Source: Naegleria gruberi (lineage: Eukaryota). From it: a stretch of 64,000 nucleotides of DNA. Shown in pieces: positions 1-12,000 of this stretch (positions are counted from its first letter, which is position 1; each line of letters starts with the position of its first letter). The notes beneath the pieces are model-generated. The model saw nothing but the letters and a program-made list of their open reading frames with translations, made no database searches and was not told where the DNA came from. The position numbers and the translations under genes are program-made. The stretch is taken from assembly GCA_000004985.1 (NCBI GenBank), contig GG738858.1. The stretch is one strand, 5' to 3'.

Positions 1-3000
1 NNNNNNNNNNNNNNNNNNNNNNNNNNNNNNNNNNNNNNNNNNNNNNNNNNNNNNNNNNNNNNNNNNNNNNNNNNNNNNNNNNNNNNNNNNNNNNNNNNNN
101 NNNNNNNNNNNNNNNNNNNNNNNNNNNNNNNNNNNNNNNNNNNNNNNNNNNNNNNNNNNNNNNNNNNNNNNNNNNNNNNNNNNNNNNNNNNNNNNNNNNN
201 NNNNNNNNNNNNNNNNNNNNNNNNNNNNNNNNNNNNNNNNNNNNNNNNNNNNNNNNNNNNNNNNNNNNNNNNNNNNNNNNNNNNNNNNNNNNNNNNNNNN
301 NNNNNNNNNNNNNNNNNNNNNNNNNNNNNNNNNNNNNNNNNNNNNNNNNNNNNNNNNNNNNNNNNNNNNNNNNNNNNNNNNNNNNNNNNNNNNNNNNNNN
401 NNNNNNNNNNNNNNNNNNNNNNNNNNNNNNNNNNNNNNNNNNNNNNNNNNNNNNNNNNNNNNNNNNNNNNNNNNNNNNNNNNNNNNNNNNNNNNNNNNNN
501 NNNNNNNNNNNNNNNNNNNNNNNNNNNNNNNNNNNNNNNNNNNNNNNNNNNNNNNNNNNNNNNNNNNNNNNNNNNNNNNNNNNNNNNNNNNNNNNNNNNN
601 NNNNNNNNNNNNNNNNNNNNNNNNNNNNNNNNNNNNNNNNNNNNNNNNNNNNNNNNNNNNNNNNNNNNNNNNNNNNNNNNNNNNNNNNNNNNNNNNNNNN
701 NNNNNNNNNNNNNNNNNNNNNNNNNNNNNNNNNNNNNNNNNNNNNNNNNNNNNNNNNNNNNNNNNNNNNNNNNNNNNNNNNNNNNNNNNNNNNNNNNNNN
801 NNNNNNNNNNNNNNNNNNNNNNNNNNNNNNNNNNNNNNNNNNNNNNNNNNNNNNNNNNNNNNNNNNNNNNNNNNNNNNNNNNNNNNNNNNNNNNNNNNNN
901 NNNNNNNNNNNNNNNNNNNNNNNNNNNNNNNNNNNNNNNNNNNNNNNNNNNNNNNNNNNNNNNNNNNNNNNNNNNNNNNNNNNNNNNNNNNNNNNNNNNN
1001 NNNNNNNNNNNNNNNNNNNNNNNNNNNNNNNNNNNNNNNNNNNNNNNNNNNNNNNNNNNNNNNNNNNNNNNNNNNNNNNNNNNNNNNNNNNNNNNNNNNN
1101 NNNNNNNNNNNNNNNNNNNNNNNNNNNNNNNNNNNNNNNNNNNNNNNNNNNNNNNNNNNNNNNNNNNNNNNNNNNNNNNNNNNNNNNNNNNNNNNNNNNN
1201 NNNNNNNNNNNNNNNNNNNNNNNNNNNNNNNNNNNNNNNNNNNNNNNNNNNNNNNNNNNNNNNNNNNNNNNNNNNNNNNNNNNNNNNNNNNNNNNNNNNN
1301 NNNNNNNNNNNNNNNNNNNNNNNNNNNNNNNNNNNNNNNNNNNNNNNNNNNNNNNNNNNNNNNNNNNNNNNNNNNNNNNNNNNNNNNNNNNNNNNNNNNN
1401 NNNNNNNNNNNNNNNNNNNNNNNNNNNNNNNNNNNNNNNNNNNNNNNNNNNNNNNNNNNNNNNNNNNNNNNNNNNNNNNNNNNNNNNNNNNNNNNNNNNN
1501 NNNNNNNNNNNNNNNNNNNNNNNNNNNNNNNNNNNNNNNNNNNNNNNNNNNNNNNNNNNNNNNNNNNNNNNNNNNNNNNNNNNNNNNNNNNNNNNNNNNN
1601 NNNNNNNNNNNNNNNNNNNNNNNNNNNNNNNNNNNNNNNNNNNNNNNNNNNNNNNNNNNNNNNNNNNNNNNNNNNNNNNNNNNNNNNNNNNNNNNNNNNN
1701 NNNNNNNNNNNNNNNNNNNNNNNNNNNNNNNNNNNNNNNNNNNNNNNNNNNNNNNNNNNNNNNNNNNNNNNNNNNNNNNNNNNNNNNNNNNNNNNNNNNN
1801 NNNNNNNNNNNNNNNNNNNNNNNNNNNNNNNNNNNNNNNNNNNNNNNNNNNNNNNNNNNNNNNNNNNNNNNNNNNNNNNNNNNNNNNNNNNNNNNNNNNN
1901 NNNNNNNNNNNNNNNNNNNNNNNNNNNNNNNNNNNNNNNNNNNNNNNNNNNNNNNNNNNNNNNNNNNNNNNNNNNNNNNNNNNNNNNNNNNNNNNNNNNN
2001 NNNNNNNNNNNNNNNNNNNNNNNNNNNNNNNNNNNNNNNNNNNNNNNNNNNNNNNNNNNNNNNNNNNNNNNNNNNNNNNNNNNNNNNNNNNNNNNNNNNN
2101 NNNNNNNNNNNNNNNNNNNNNNNNNNNNNNNNNNNNNNNNNNNNNNNNNNNNNNNNNNNNNNNNNNNNNNNNNNNNNNNNNNNNNNNNNNNNNNNNNNNN
2201 NNNNNNNNNNNNNNNNNNNNNNNNNNNNNNNNNNNNNNNNNNNNNNNNNNNNNNNNNNNNNNNNNNNNNNNNNNNNNNNNNNNNNNNNNNNNNNNNNNNN
2301 NNNNNNNNNNNNNNNNNNNNNNNNNNNNNNNNNNNNNNNNNNNNNNNNNNNNNNNNNNNNNNNNNNNNNNNNNNNNNNNNNNNNNNNNNNNNNNNNNNNN
2401 NNNNNNNNNNNNNNNNNNNNNNNNNNNNNNNNNNNNNNNNNNNNNNNNNNNNNNNNNNNNNNNNNNNNNNNNNNNNNNNNNNNNNNNNNNNNNNNNNNNN
2501 NNNNNNNNNNNNNNNNNNNNNNNNNNNNNNNNNNNNNNNNNNNNNNNNNNNNNNNNNNNNNNNNNNNNNNNNNNNNNNNNNNNNNNNNNNNNNNNNNNNN
2601 NNNNNNNNNNNNNNNNNNNNNNNNNNNNNNNNNNNNNNNNNNNNNNNNNNNNNNNNNNNNNNNNNNNNNNNNNNNNNNNNNNNNNNNNNNNNNNNNNNNN
2701 NNNNNNNNNNNNNNNNNNNNNNNNNNNNNNNNNNNNNNNNNNNNNNNNNNNNNNNNNNNNNNNNNNNNNNNNNNNNNNNNNNNNNNNNNNNNNNNNNNNN
2801 NNNNNNNNNNNNNNNNNNNNNNNNNNNNNNNNNNNNNNNNNNNNNNNNNNNNNNNNNNNNNNNNNNNNNNNNNNNNNNNNNNNNNNNNNNNNNNNNNNNN
2901 NNNNNNNNNNNNNNNNNNNNNNNNNNNNNNNNNNNNNNNNNNNNNNNNNNNNNNNNNNNNNNNNNNNNNNNNNNNNNNNNNNNNNNNNNNNNNNNNNNNN

Positions 3001-6000
3001 NNNNNNNNNNNNNNNNNNNNNNNNNNNNNNNNNNNNNNNNNNNNNNNNNNNNNNNNNNNNNNNNNNNNNNNNNNNNNNNNNNNNNNNNNNNNNNNNNNNN
3101 NNNNNNNNNNNNNNNNNNNNNNNNNNNNNNNNNNNNNNNNNNNNNNNNNNNNNNNNNNNNNNNNNNNNNNNNNNNNNNNNNNNNNNNNNNNNNNNNNNNN
3201 NNNNNNNNNNNNNNNNNNNNNNNNNNNNNNNNNNNNNNNNNNNNNNNNNNNNNNNNNNNNNNNNNNNNNNNNNNNNNNNNNNNNNNNNNNNNNNNNNNNN
3301 NNNNNNNNNNNNNNNNNNNNNNNNNNNNNNNNNNNNNNNNNNNNNNNNNNNNNNNNNNNNNNNNNNNNNNNNNNNNNNNNNNNNNNNNNNNNNNNNNNNN
3401 NNNNNNNNNNNNNNNNNNNNNNNNNNNNNNNNNNNNNNNNNNNNNNNNNNNNNNNNNNNNNNNNNNNNNNNNNNNNNNNNNNNNNNNNNNNNNNNNNNNN
3501 NNNNNNNNNNNNNNNNNNNNNNNNNNNNNNNNNNNNNNNNNNNNNNNNNNNNNNNNNNNNNNNNNNNNNNNNNNNNNNNNNNNNNNNNNNNNNNNNNNNN
3601 NNNNNNNNNNNNNNNNNNNNNNNNNNNNNNNNNNNNNNNNNNNNNNNNNNNNNNNNNNNNNNNNNNNNNNNNNNNNNNNNNNNNNNNNNNNNNNNNNNNN
3701 NNNNNNNNNNNNNNNNNNNNNNNNNNNNNNNNNNNNNNNNNNNNNNNNNNNNNNNNNNNNNNNNNNNNNNNNNNNNNNNNNNNNNNNNNNNNNNNNNNNN
3801 NNNNNNNNNNNNNNNNNNNNNNNNNNNNNNNNNNNNNNNNNNNNNNNNNNNNNNNNNNNNNNNNNNNNNNNNNNNNNNNNNNNNNNNNNNNNNNNNNNNN
3901 NNNNNNNNNNNNNNNNNNNNNNNNNNNNNNNNNNNNNNNNNNNNNNNNNNNNNNNNNNNNNNNNNNNNNNNNNNNNNNNNNNNNNNNNNNNNNNNNNNNN
4001 NNNNNNNNNNNNNNNNNNNNNNNNNNNNNNNNNNNNNNNNNNNNNNNNNNNNNNNNNNNNNNNNNNNNNNNNNNNNNNNNNNNNNNNNNNNNNNNNNNNN
4101 NNNNNNNNNNNNNNNNNNNNNNNNNNNNNNNNNNNNNNNNNNNNNNNNNNNNNNNNNNNNNNNNNNNNNNNNNNNNNNNNNNNNNNNNNNNNNNNNNNNN
4201 NNNNNNNNNNNNNNNNNNNNNNNNNNNNNNNNNNNNNNNNNNNNNNNNNNNNNNNNNNNNNNNNNNNNNNNNNNNNNNNNNNNNNNNNNNNNNNNNNNNN
4301 NNNNNNNNNNNNNNNNNNNNNNNNNNNNNNNNNNNNNNNNNNNNNNNNNNNNNNNNNNNNNNNNNNNNNNNNNNNNNNNNNNNNNNNNNNNNNNNNNNNN
4401 NNNNNNNNNNNNNNNNNNNNNNNNNNNNNNNNNNNNNNNNNNNNNNNNNNNNNNNNNNNNNNNNNNNNNNNNNNNNNNNNNNNNNNNNNNNNNNNNNNNN
4501 NNNNNNNNNNNNNNNNNNNNNNNNNNNNNNNNNNNNNNNNNNNNNNNNNNNNNNNNNNNNNNNNNNNNNNNNNNNNNNNNNNNNNNNNNNNNNNNNNNNN
4601 NNNNNNNNNNNNNNNNNNNNNNNNNNNNNNNNNNNNNNNNNNNNNNNNNNNNNNNNNNNNNNNNNNNNNNNNNNNNNNNNNNNNNNNNNNNNNNNNNNNN
4701 NNNNNNNNNNNNNNNNNNNNNNNNNNNNNNNNNNNNNNNNNNNNNNNNNNNNNNNNNNNNNNNNNNNNNNNNNNNNNNNNNNNNNNNNNNNNNNNNNNNN
4801 NNNNNNNNNNNNNNNNNNNNNNNNNNNNNNNNNNNNNNNNNNNNNNNNNNNNNNNNNNNNNNNNNNNNNNNNNNNNNNNNNNNNNNNNNNNNNNNNNNNN
4901 NNNNNNNNNNNNNNNNNNNNNNNNNNNNNNNNNNNNNNNNNNNNNNNNNNNNNNNNNNNNNNNNNNNNNNNNNNNNNNNNNNNNNNNNNNNNNNNNNNNN
5001 NNNNNNNNNNNNNNNNNNNNNNNNNNNNNNNNNNNNNNNNNNNNNNNNNNNNNNNNNNNNNNNNNNNNNNNNNNNNNNNNNNNNNNNNNNNNNNNNNNNN
5101 NNNNNNNNNNNNNNNNNNNNNNNNNNNNNNNNNNNNNNNNNNNNNNNNNNNNNNNNNNNNNNNNNNNNNNNNNNNNNNNNNNNNNNNNNNNNNNNNNNNN
5201 NNNNNNNNNNNNNNNNNNNNNNNNNNNNNNNNNNNNNNNNNNNNNNNNNNNNNNNNNNNNNNNNNNNNNNNNNNNNNNNNNNNNNNNNNNNNNNNNNNNN
5301 NNNNNNNNNNNNNNNNNNNNNNNNNNNNNNNNNNNNNNNNNNNNNNNNNNNNNNNNNNNNNNNNNNNNNNNNNNNNNNNNNNNNNNNNNNNNNNNNNNNN
5401 NNNNNNNNNNNNNNNNNNNNNNNNNNNNNNNNNNNNNNNNNNNNNNNNNNNNNNNNNNNNNNNNNNNNNNNNNNNNNNNNNNNNNNNNNNNNNNNNNNNN
5501 NNNNNNNNNNNNNNNNNNNNNNNNNNNNNNNNNNNNNNNNNNNNNNNNNNNNNNNNNNNNNNNNNNNNNNNNNNNNNNNNNNNNNNNNNNNNNNNNNNNN
5601 NNNNNNNNNNNNNNNNNNNNNNNNNNNNNNNNNNNNNNNNNNNNNNNNNNNNNNNNNNNNNNNNNNNNNNNNNNNNNNNNNNNNNNNNNNNNNNNNNNNN
5701 NNNNNNNNNNNNNNNNNNNNNNNNNNNNNNNNNNNNNNNNNNNNNNNNNNNNNNNNNNNNNNNNNNNNNNNNNNNNNNNNNNNNNNNNNNNNNNNNNNNN
5801 NNNNNNNNNNNNNNNNNNNNNNNNNNNNNNNNNNNNNNNNNNNNNNNNNNNNNNNNNNNNNNNNNNNNNNNNNNNNNNNNNNNNNNNNNNNNNNNNNNNN
5901 NNNNNNNNNNNNNNNNNNNNNNNNNNNNNNNNNNNNNNNNNNNNNNNNNNNNNNNNNNNNNNNNNNNNNNNNNNNNNNNNNNNNNNNNNNNNNNNNNNNN

Positions 6001-9000
6001 NNNNNNNNNNNNNNNNNNNNNNNNNNNNNNNNNNNNNNNNNNNNNNNNNNNNNNNNNNNNNNNNNNNNNNNNNNNNNNNNNNNNNNNNNNNNNNNNNNNN
6101 NNNNNNNNNNNNNNNNNNNNNNNNNNNNNNNNNNNNNNNNNNNNNNNNNNNNNNNNNNNNNNNNNNNNNNNNNNNNNNNNNNNNNNNNNNNNNNNNNNNN
6201 NNNNNNNNNNNNNNNNNNNNNNNNNNNNNNNNNNNNNNNNNNNNNNNNNNNNNNNNNNNNNNNNNNNNNNNNNNNNNNNNNNNNNNNNNNNNNNNNNNNN
6301 NNNNNNNNNNNNNNNNNNNNNNNNNNNNNNNNNNNNNNNNNNNNNNNNNNNNNNNNNNNNNNNNNNNNNNNNNNNNNNNNNNNNNNNNNNNNNNNNNNNN
6401 NNNNNNNNNNNNNNNNNNNNNNNNNNNNNNNNNNNNNNNNNNNNNNNNNNNNNNNNNNNNNNNNNNNNNNNNNNNNNNNNNNNNNNNNNNNNNNNNNNNN
6501 NNNNNNNNNNNNNNNNNNNNNNNNNNNNNNNNNNNNNNNNNNNNNNNNNNNNNNNNNNNNNNNNNNNNNNNNNNNNNNNNNNNNNNNNNNNNNNNNNNNN
6601 NNNNNNNNNNNNNNNNNNNNNNNNNNNNNNNNNNNNNNNNNNNNNNNNNNNNNNNNNNNNNNNNNNNNNNNNNNNNNNNNNNNNNNNNNNNNNNNNNNNN
6701 NNNNNNNNNNNNNNNNNNNNNNNNNNNNNNNNNNNNNNNNNNNNNNNNNNNNNNNNNNNNNNNNNNNNNNNNNNNNNNNNNNNNNNNNNNNNNNNNNNNN
6801 NNNNNNNNNNNNNNNNNNNNNNNNNNNNNNNNNNNNNNNNNNNNNNNNNNNNNNNNNNNNNNNNNNNNNNNNNNNNNNNNNNNNNNNNNNNNNNNNNNNN
6901 NNNNNNNNNNNNNNNNNNNNNNNNNNNNNNNNNNNNNNNNNNNNNNNNNNNNNNNNNNNNNNNNNNNNNNNNNNNNNNNNNNNNNNNNNNNNNNNNNNNN
7001 NNNNNNNNNNNNNNNNNNNNNNNNNNNNNNNNNNNNNNNNNNNNNNNNNNNNNNNNNNNNNNNNNNNNNNNNNNNNNNNNNNNNNNNNNNNNNNNNNNNN
7101 NNNNNNNNNNNNNNNNNNNNNNNNNNNNNNNNNNNNNNNNNNNNNNNNNNNNNNNNNNNNNNNNNNNNNNNNNNNNNNNNNNNNNNNNNNNNNNNNNNNN
7201 NNNNNNNNNNNNNNNNNNNNNNNNNNNNNNNNNNNNNNNNNNNNNNNNNNNNNNNNNNNNNNNNNNNNNNNNNNNNNNNNNNNNNNNNNNNNNNNNNNNN
7301 NNNNNNNNNNNNNNNNNNNNNNNNNNNNNNNNNNNNNNNNNNNNNNNNNNNNNNNNNNNNNNNNNNNNNNNNNNNNNNNNNNNNNNNNNNNNNNNNNNNN
7401 NNNNNNNNNNNNNNNNNNNNNNNNNNNNNNNNNNNNNNNNNNNNNNNNNNNNNNNNNNNNNNNNNNNNNNNNNNNNNNNNNNNNNNNNNNNNNNNNNNNN
7501 NNNNNNNNNNNNNNNNNNNNNNNNNNNNNNNNNNNNNNNNNNNNNNNNNNNNNNNNNNNNNNNNNNNNNNNNNNNNNNNNNNNNNNNNNNNNNNNNNNNN
7601 NNNNNNNNNNNNNNNNNNNNNNNNNNNNNNNNNNNNNNNNNNNNNNNNNNNNNNNNNNNNNNNNNNNNNNNNNNNNNNNNNNNNNNNNNNNNNNNNNNNN
7701 NNNNNNNNNNNNNNNNNNNNNNNNNNNNNNNNNNNNNNNNNNNNNNNNNNNNNNNNNNNNNNNNNNNNNNNNNNNNNNNNNNNNNNNNNNNNNNNNNNNN
7801 NNNNNNNNNNNNNNNNNNNNNNNNNNNNNNNNNNNNNNNNNNNNNNNNNNNNNNNNNNNNNNNNNNNNNNNNNNNNNNNNNNNNNNNNNNNNNNNNNNNN
7901 NNNNNNNNNNNNNNNNNNNNNNNNNNNNNNNNNNNNNNNNNNNNNNNNNNNNNNNNNNNNNNNNNNNNNNNNNNNNNNNNNNNNNNNNNNNNNNNNNNNN
8001 NNNNNNNNNNNNNNNNNNNNNNNNNNNNNNNNNNNNNNNNNNNNNNNNNNNNNNNNNNNNNNNNNNNNNNNNNNNNNNNNNNNNNNNNNNNNNNNNNNNN
8101 NNNNNNNNNNNNNNNNNNNNNNNNNNNNNNNNNNNNNNNNNNNNNNNNNNNNNNNNNNNNNNNNNNNNNNNNNNNNNNNNNNNNNNNNNNNNNNNNNNNN
8201 NNNNNNNNNNNNNNNNNNNNNNNNNNNNNNNNNNNNNNNNNNNNNNNNNNNNNNNNNNNNNNNNNNNNNNNNNNNNNNNNNNNNNNNNNNNNNNNNNNNN
8301 NNNNNNNNNNNNNNNNNNNNNNNNNNNNNNNNNNNNNNNNNNNNNNNNNNNNNNNNNNNNNNNNNNNNNNNNNNNNNNNNNNNNNNNNNNNNNNNNNNNN
8401 NNNNNNNNNNNNNNNNNNNNNNNNNNNNNNNNNNNNNNNNNNNNNNNNNNNNNNNNNNNNNNNNNNNNNNNNNNNNNNNNNNNNNNNNNNNNNNNNNNNN
8501 NNNNNNNNNNNNNNNNNNNNNNNNNNNNNNNNNNNNNNNNNNNNNNNNNNNNNNNNNNNNNNNNNNNNNNNNNNNNNNNNNNNNNNNNNNNNNNNNNNNN
8601 NNNNNNNNNNNNNNNNNNNNNNNNNNNNNNNNNNNNNNNNNNNNNNNNNNNNNNNNNNNNNNNNNNNNNNNNNNNNNNNNNNNNNNNNNNNNNNNNNNNN
8701 NNNNNNNNNNNNNNNNNNNNNNNNNNNNNNNNNNNNNNNNNNNNNNNNNNNNNNNNNNNNNNNNNNNNNNNNNNNNNNNNNNNNNNNNNNNNNNNNNNNN
8801 NNNNNNNNNNNNNNNNNNNNNNNNNNNNNNNNNNNNNNNNNNNNNNNNNNNNNNNNNNNNNNNNNNNNNNNNNNNNNNNNNNNNNNNNNNNNNNNNNNNN
8901 NNNNNNNNNNNNNNNNNNNNNNNNNNNNNNNNNNNNNNNNNNNNNNNNNNNNNNNNNNNNNNNNNNNNNNNNNNNNNNNNNNNNNNNNNNNNNNNNNNNN

Positions 9001-12000
9001 NNNNNNNNNNNNNNNNNNNNNNNNNNNNNNNNNNNNNNNNNNNNNNNNNNNNNNNNNNNNNNNNNNNNNNNNNNNNNNNNNNNNNNNNNNNNNNNNNNNN
9101 NNNNNNNNNNNNNNNNNNNNNNNNNNNNNNNNNNNNNNNNNNNNNNNNNNNNNNNNNNNNNNNNNNNNNNNNNNNNNNNNNNNNNNNNNNNNNNNNNNNN
9201 NNNNNNNNNNNNNNNNNNNNNNNNNNNNNNNNNNNNNNNNNNNNNNNNNNNNNNNNNNNNNNNNNNNNNNNNNNNNNNNNNNNNNNNNNNNNNNNNNNNN
9301 NNNNNNNNNNNNNNNNNNNNNNNNNNNNNNNNNNNNNNNNNNNNNNNNNNNNNNNNNNNNNNNNNNNNNNNNNNNNNNNNNNNNNNNNNNNNNNNNNNNN
9401 NNNNNNNNNNNNNNNNNNNNNNNNNNNNNNNNNNNNNNNNNNNNNNNNNNNNNNNNNNNNNNNNNNNNNNNNNNNNNNNNNNNNNNNNNNNNNNNNNNNN
9501 NNNNNNNNNNNNNNNNNNNNNNNNNNNNNNNNNNNNNNNNNNNNNNNNNNNNNNNNNNNNNNNNNNNNNNNNNNNNNNNNNNNNNNNNNNNNNNNNNNNN
9601 NNNNNNNNNNNNNNNNNNNNNNNNNNNNNNNNNNNNNNNNNNNNNNNNNNNNNNNNNNNNNNNNNNNNNNNNNNNNNNNNNNNNNNNNNNNNNNNNNNNN
9701 NNNNNNNNNNNNNNNNNNNNNNNNNNNNNNNNNNNNNNNNNNNNNNNNNNNNNNNNNNNNNNNNNNNNNNNNNNNNNNNNNNNNNNNNNNNNNNNNNNNN
9801 NNNNNNNNNNNNNNNNNNNNNNNNNNNNNNNNNNNNNNNNNNNNNNNNNNNNNNNNNNNNNNNNNNNNNNNNNNNNNNNNNNNNNNNNNNNNNNNNNNNN
9901 NNNNNNNNNNNNNNNNNNNNNNNNNNNNNNNNNNNNNNNNNNNNNNNNNNNNNNNNNNNNNNNNNNNNNNNNNNNNNNNNNNNNNNNNNNNNNNNNNNNN
10001 NNNNNNNNNNNNNNNNNNNNNNNNNNNNNNNNNNNNNNNNNNNNNNNNNNNNNNNNNNNNNNNNNNNNNNNNNNNNNNNNNNNNNNNNNNNNNNNNNNNN
10101 NNNNNNNNNNNNNNNNNNNNNNNNNNNNNNNNNNNNNNNNNNNNNNNNNNNNNNNNNNNNNNNNNNNNNNNNNNNNNNNNNNNNNNNNNNNNNNNNNNNN
10201 NNNNNNNNNNNNNNNNNNNNNNNNNNNNNNNNNNNNNNNNNNNNNNNNNNNNNNNNNNNNNNNNNNNNNNNNNNNNNNNNNNNNNNNNNNNNNNNNNNNN
10301 NNNNNNNNNNNNNNNNNNNNNNNNNNNNNNNNNNNNNNNNNNNNNNNNNNNNNNNNNNNNNNNNNNNNNNNNNNNNNNNNNNNNNNNNNNNNNNNNNNNN
10401 NNNNNNNNNNNNNNNNNNNNNNNNNNNNNNNNNNNNNNNNNNNNNNNNNNNNNNNNNNNNNNNNNNNNNNNNNNNNNNNNNNNNNNNNNNNNNNNNNNNN
10501 NNNNNNNNNNNNNNNNNNNNNNNNNNNNNNNNNNNNNNNNNNNNNNNNNNNNNNNNNNNNNNNNNNNNNNNNNNNNNNNNNNNNNNNNNNNNNNNNNNNN
10601 NNNNNNNNNNNNNNNNNNNNNNNNNNNNNNNNNNNNNNNNNNNNNNNNNNNNNNNNNNNNNNNNNNNNNNNNNNNNNNNNNNNNNNNNNNNNNNNNNNNN
10701 NNNNNNNNNNNNNNNNNNNNNNNNNNNNNNNNNNNNNNNNNNNNNNNNNNNNNNNNNNNNNNNNNNNNNNNNNNNNNNNNNNNNNNNNNNNNNNNNNNNN
10801 NNNNNNNNNNNNNNNNNNNNNNNNNNNNNNNNNNNNNNNNNNNNNNNNNNNNNNNNNNNNNNNNNNNNNNNNNNNNNNNNNNNNNNNNNNNNNNNNNNNN
10901 NNNNNNNNNNNNNNNNNNNNNNNNNNNNNNNNNNNNNNNNNNNNNNNNNNNNNNNNNNNNNNNNNNNNNNNNNNNNNNNNNNNNNNNNNNNNNNNNNNNN
11001 NNNNNNNNNNNNNNNNNNNNNNNNNNNNNNNNNNNNNNNNNNNNNNNNNNNNNNNNNNNNNNNNNNNNNNNNNNNNNNNNNNNNNNNNNNNNNNNNNNNN
11101 NNNNNNNNNNNNNNNNNNNNNNNNNNNNNNNNNNNNNNNNNNNNNNNNNNNNNNNNNNNNNNNNNNNNNNNNNNNNNNNNNNNNNNNNNNNNNNNNNNNN
11201 NNNNNNNNNNNNNNNNNNNNNNNNNNNNNNNNNNNNNNNNNNNNNNNNNNNNNNNNNNNNNNNNNNNNNNNNNNNNNNNNNNNNNNNNNNNNNNNNNNNN
11301 NNNNNNNNNNNNNNNNNNNNNNNNNNNNNNNNNNNNNNNNNNNNNNNNNNNNNNNNNNNNNNNNNNNNNNNNNNNNNNNNNNNNNNNNNNNNNNNNNNNN
11401 NNNNNNNNNNNNNNNNNNNNNNNNNNNNNNNNNNNNNNNNNNNNNNNNNNNNNNNNNNNNNNNNNNNNNNNNNNNNNNNNNNNNNNNNNNNNNNNNNNNN
11501 NNNNNNNNNNNNNNNNNNNNNNNNNNNNNNNNNNNNNNNNNNNNNNNNNNNNNNNNNNNNNNNNNNNNNNNNNNNNNNNNNNNNNNNNNNNNNNNNNNNN
11601 NNNNNNNNNNNNNNNNNNNNNNNNNNNNNNNNNNNNNNNNNNNNNNNNNNNNNNNNNNNNNNNNNNNNNNNNNNNNNNNNNNNNNNNNNNNNNNNNNNNN
11701 NNNNNNNNNNNNNNNNNNNNNNNNNNNNNNNNNNNNNNNNNNNNNNNNNNNNNNNNNNNNNNNNNNNNNNNNNNNNNNNNNNNNNNNNNNNNNNNNNNNN
11801 NNNNNNNNNNNNNNNNNNNNNNNNNNNNNNNNNNNNNNNNNNNNNNNNNNNNNNNNNNNNNNNNNNNNNNNNNNNNNNNNNNNNNNNNNNNNNNNNNNNN
11901 NNNNNNNNNNNNNNNNNNNNNNNNNNNNNNNNNNNNNNNNNNNNNNNNNNNNNNNNNNNNNNNNNNNNNNNNNNNNNNNNNNNNNNNNNNNNNNNNNNNN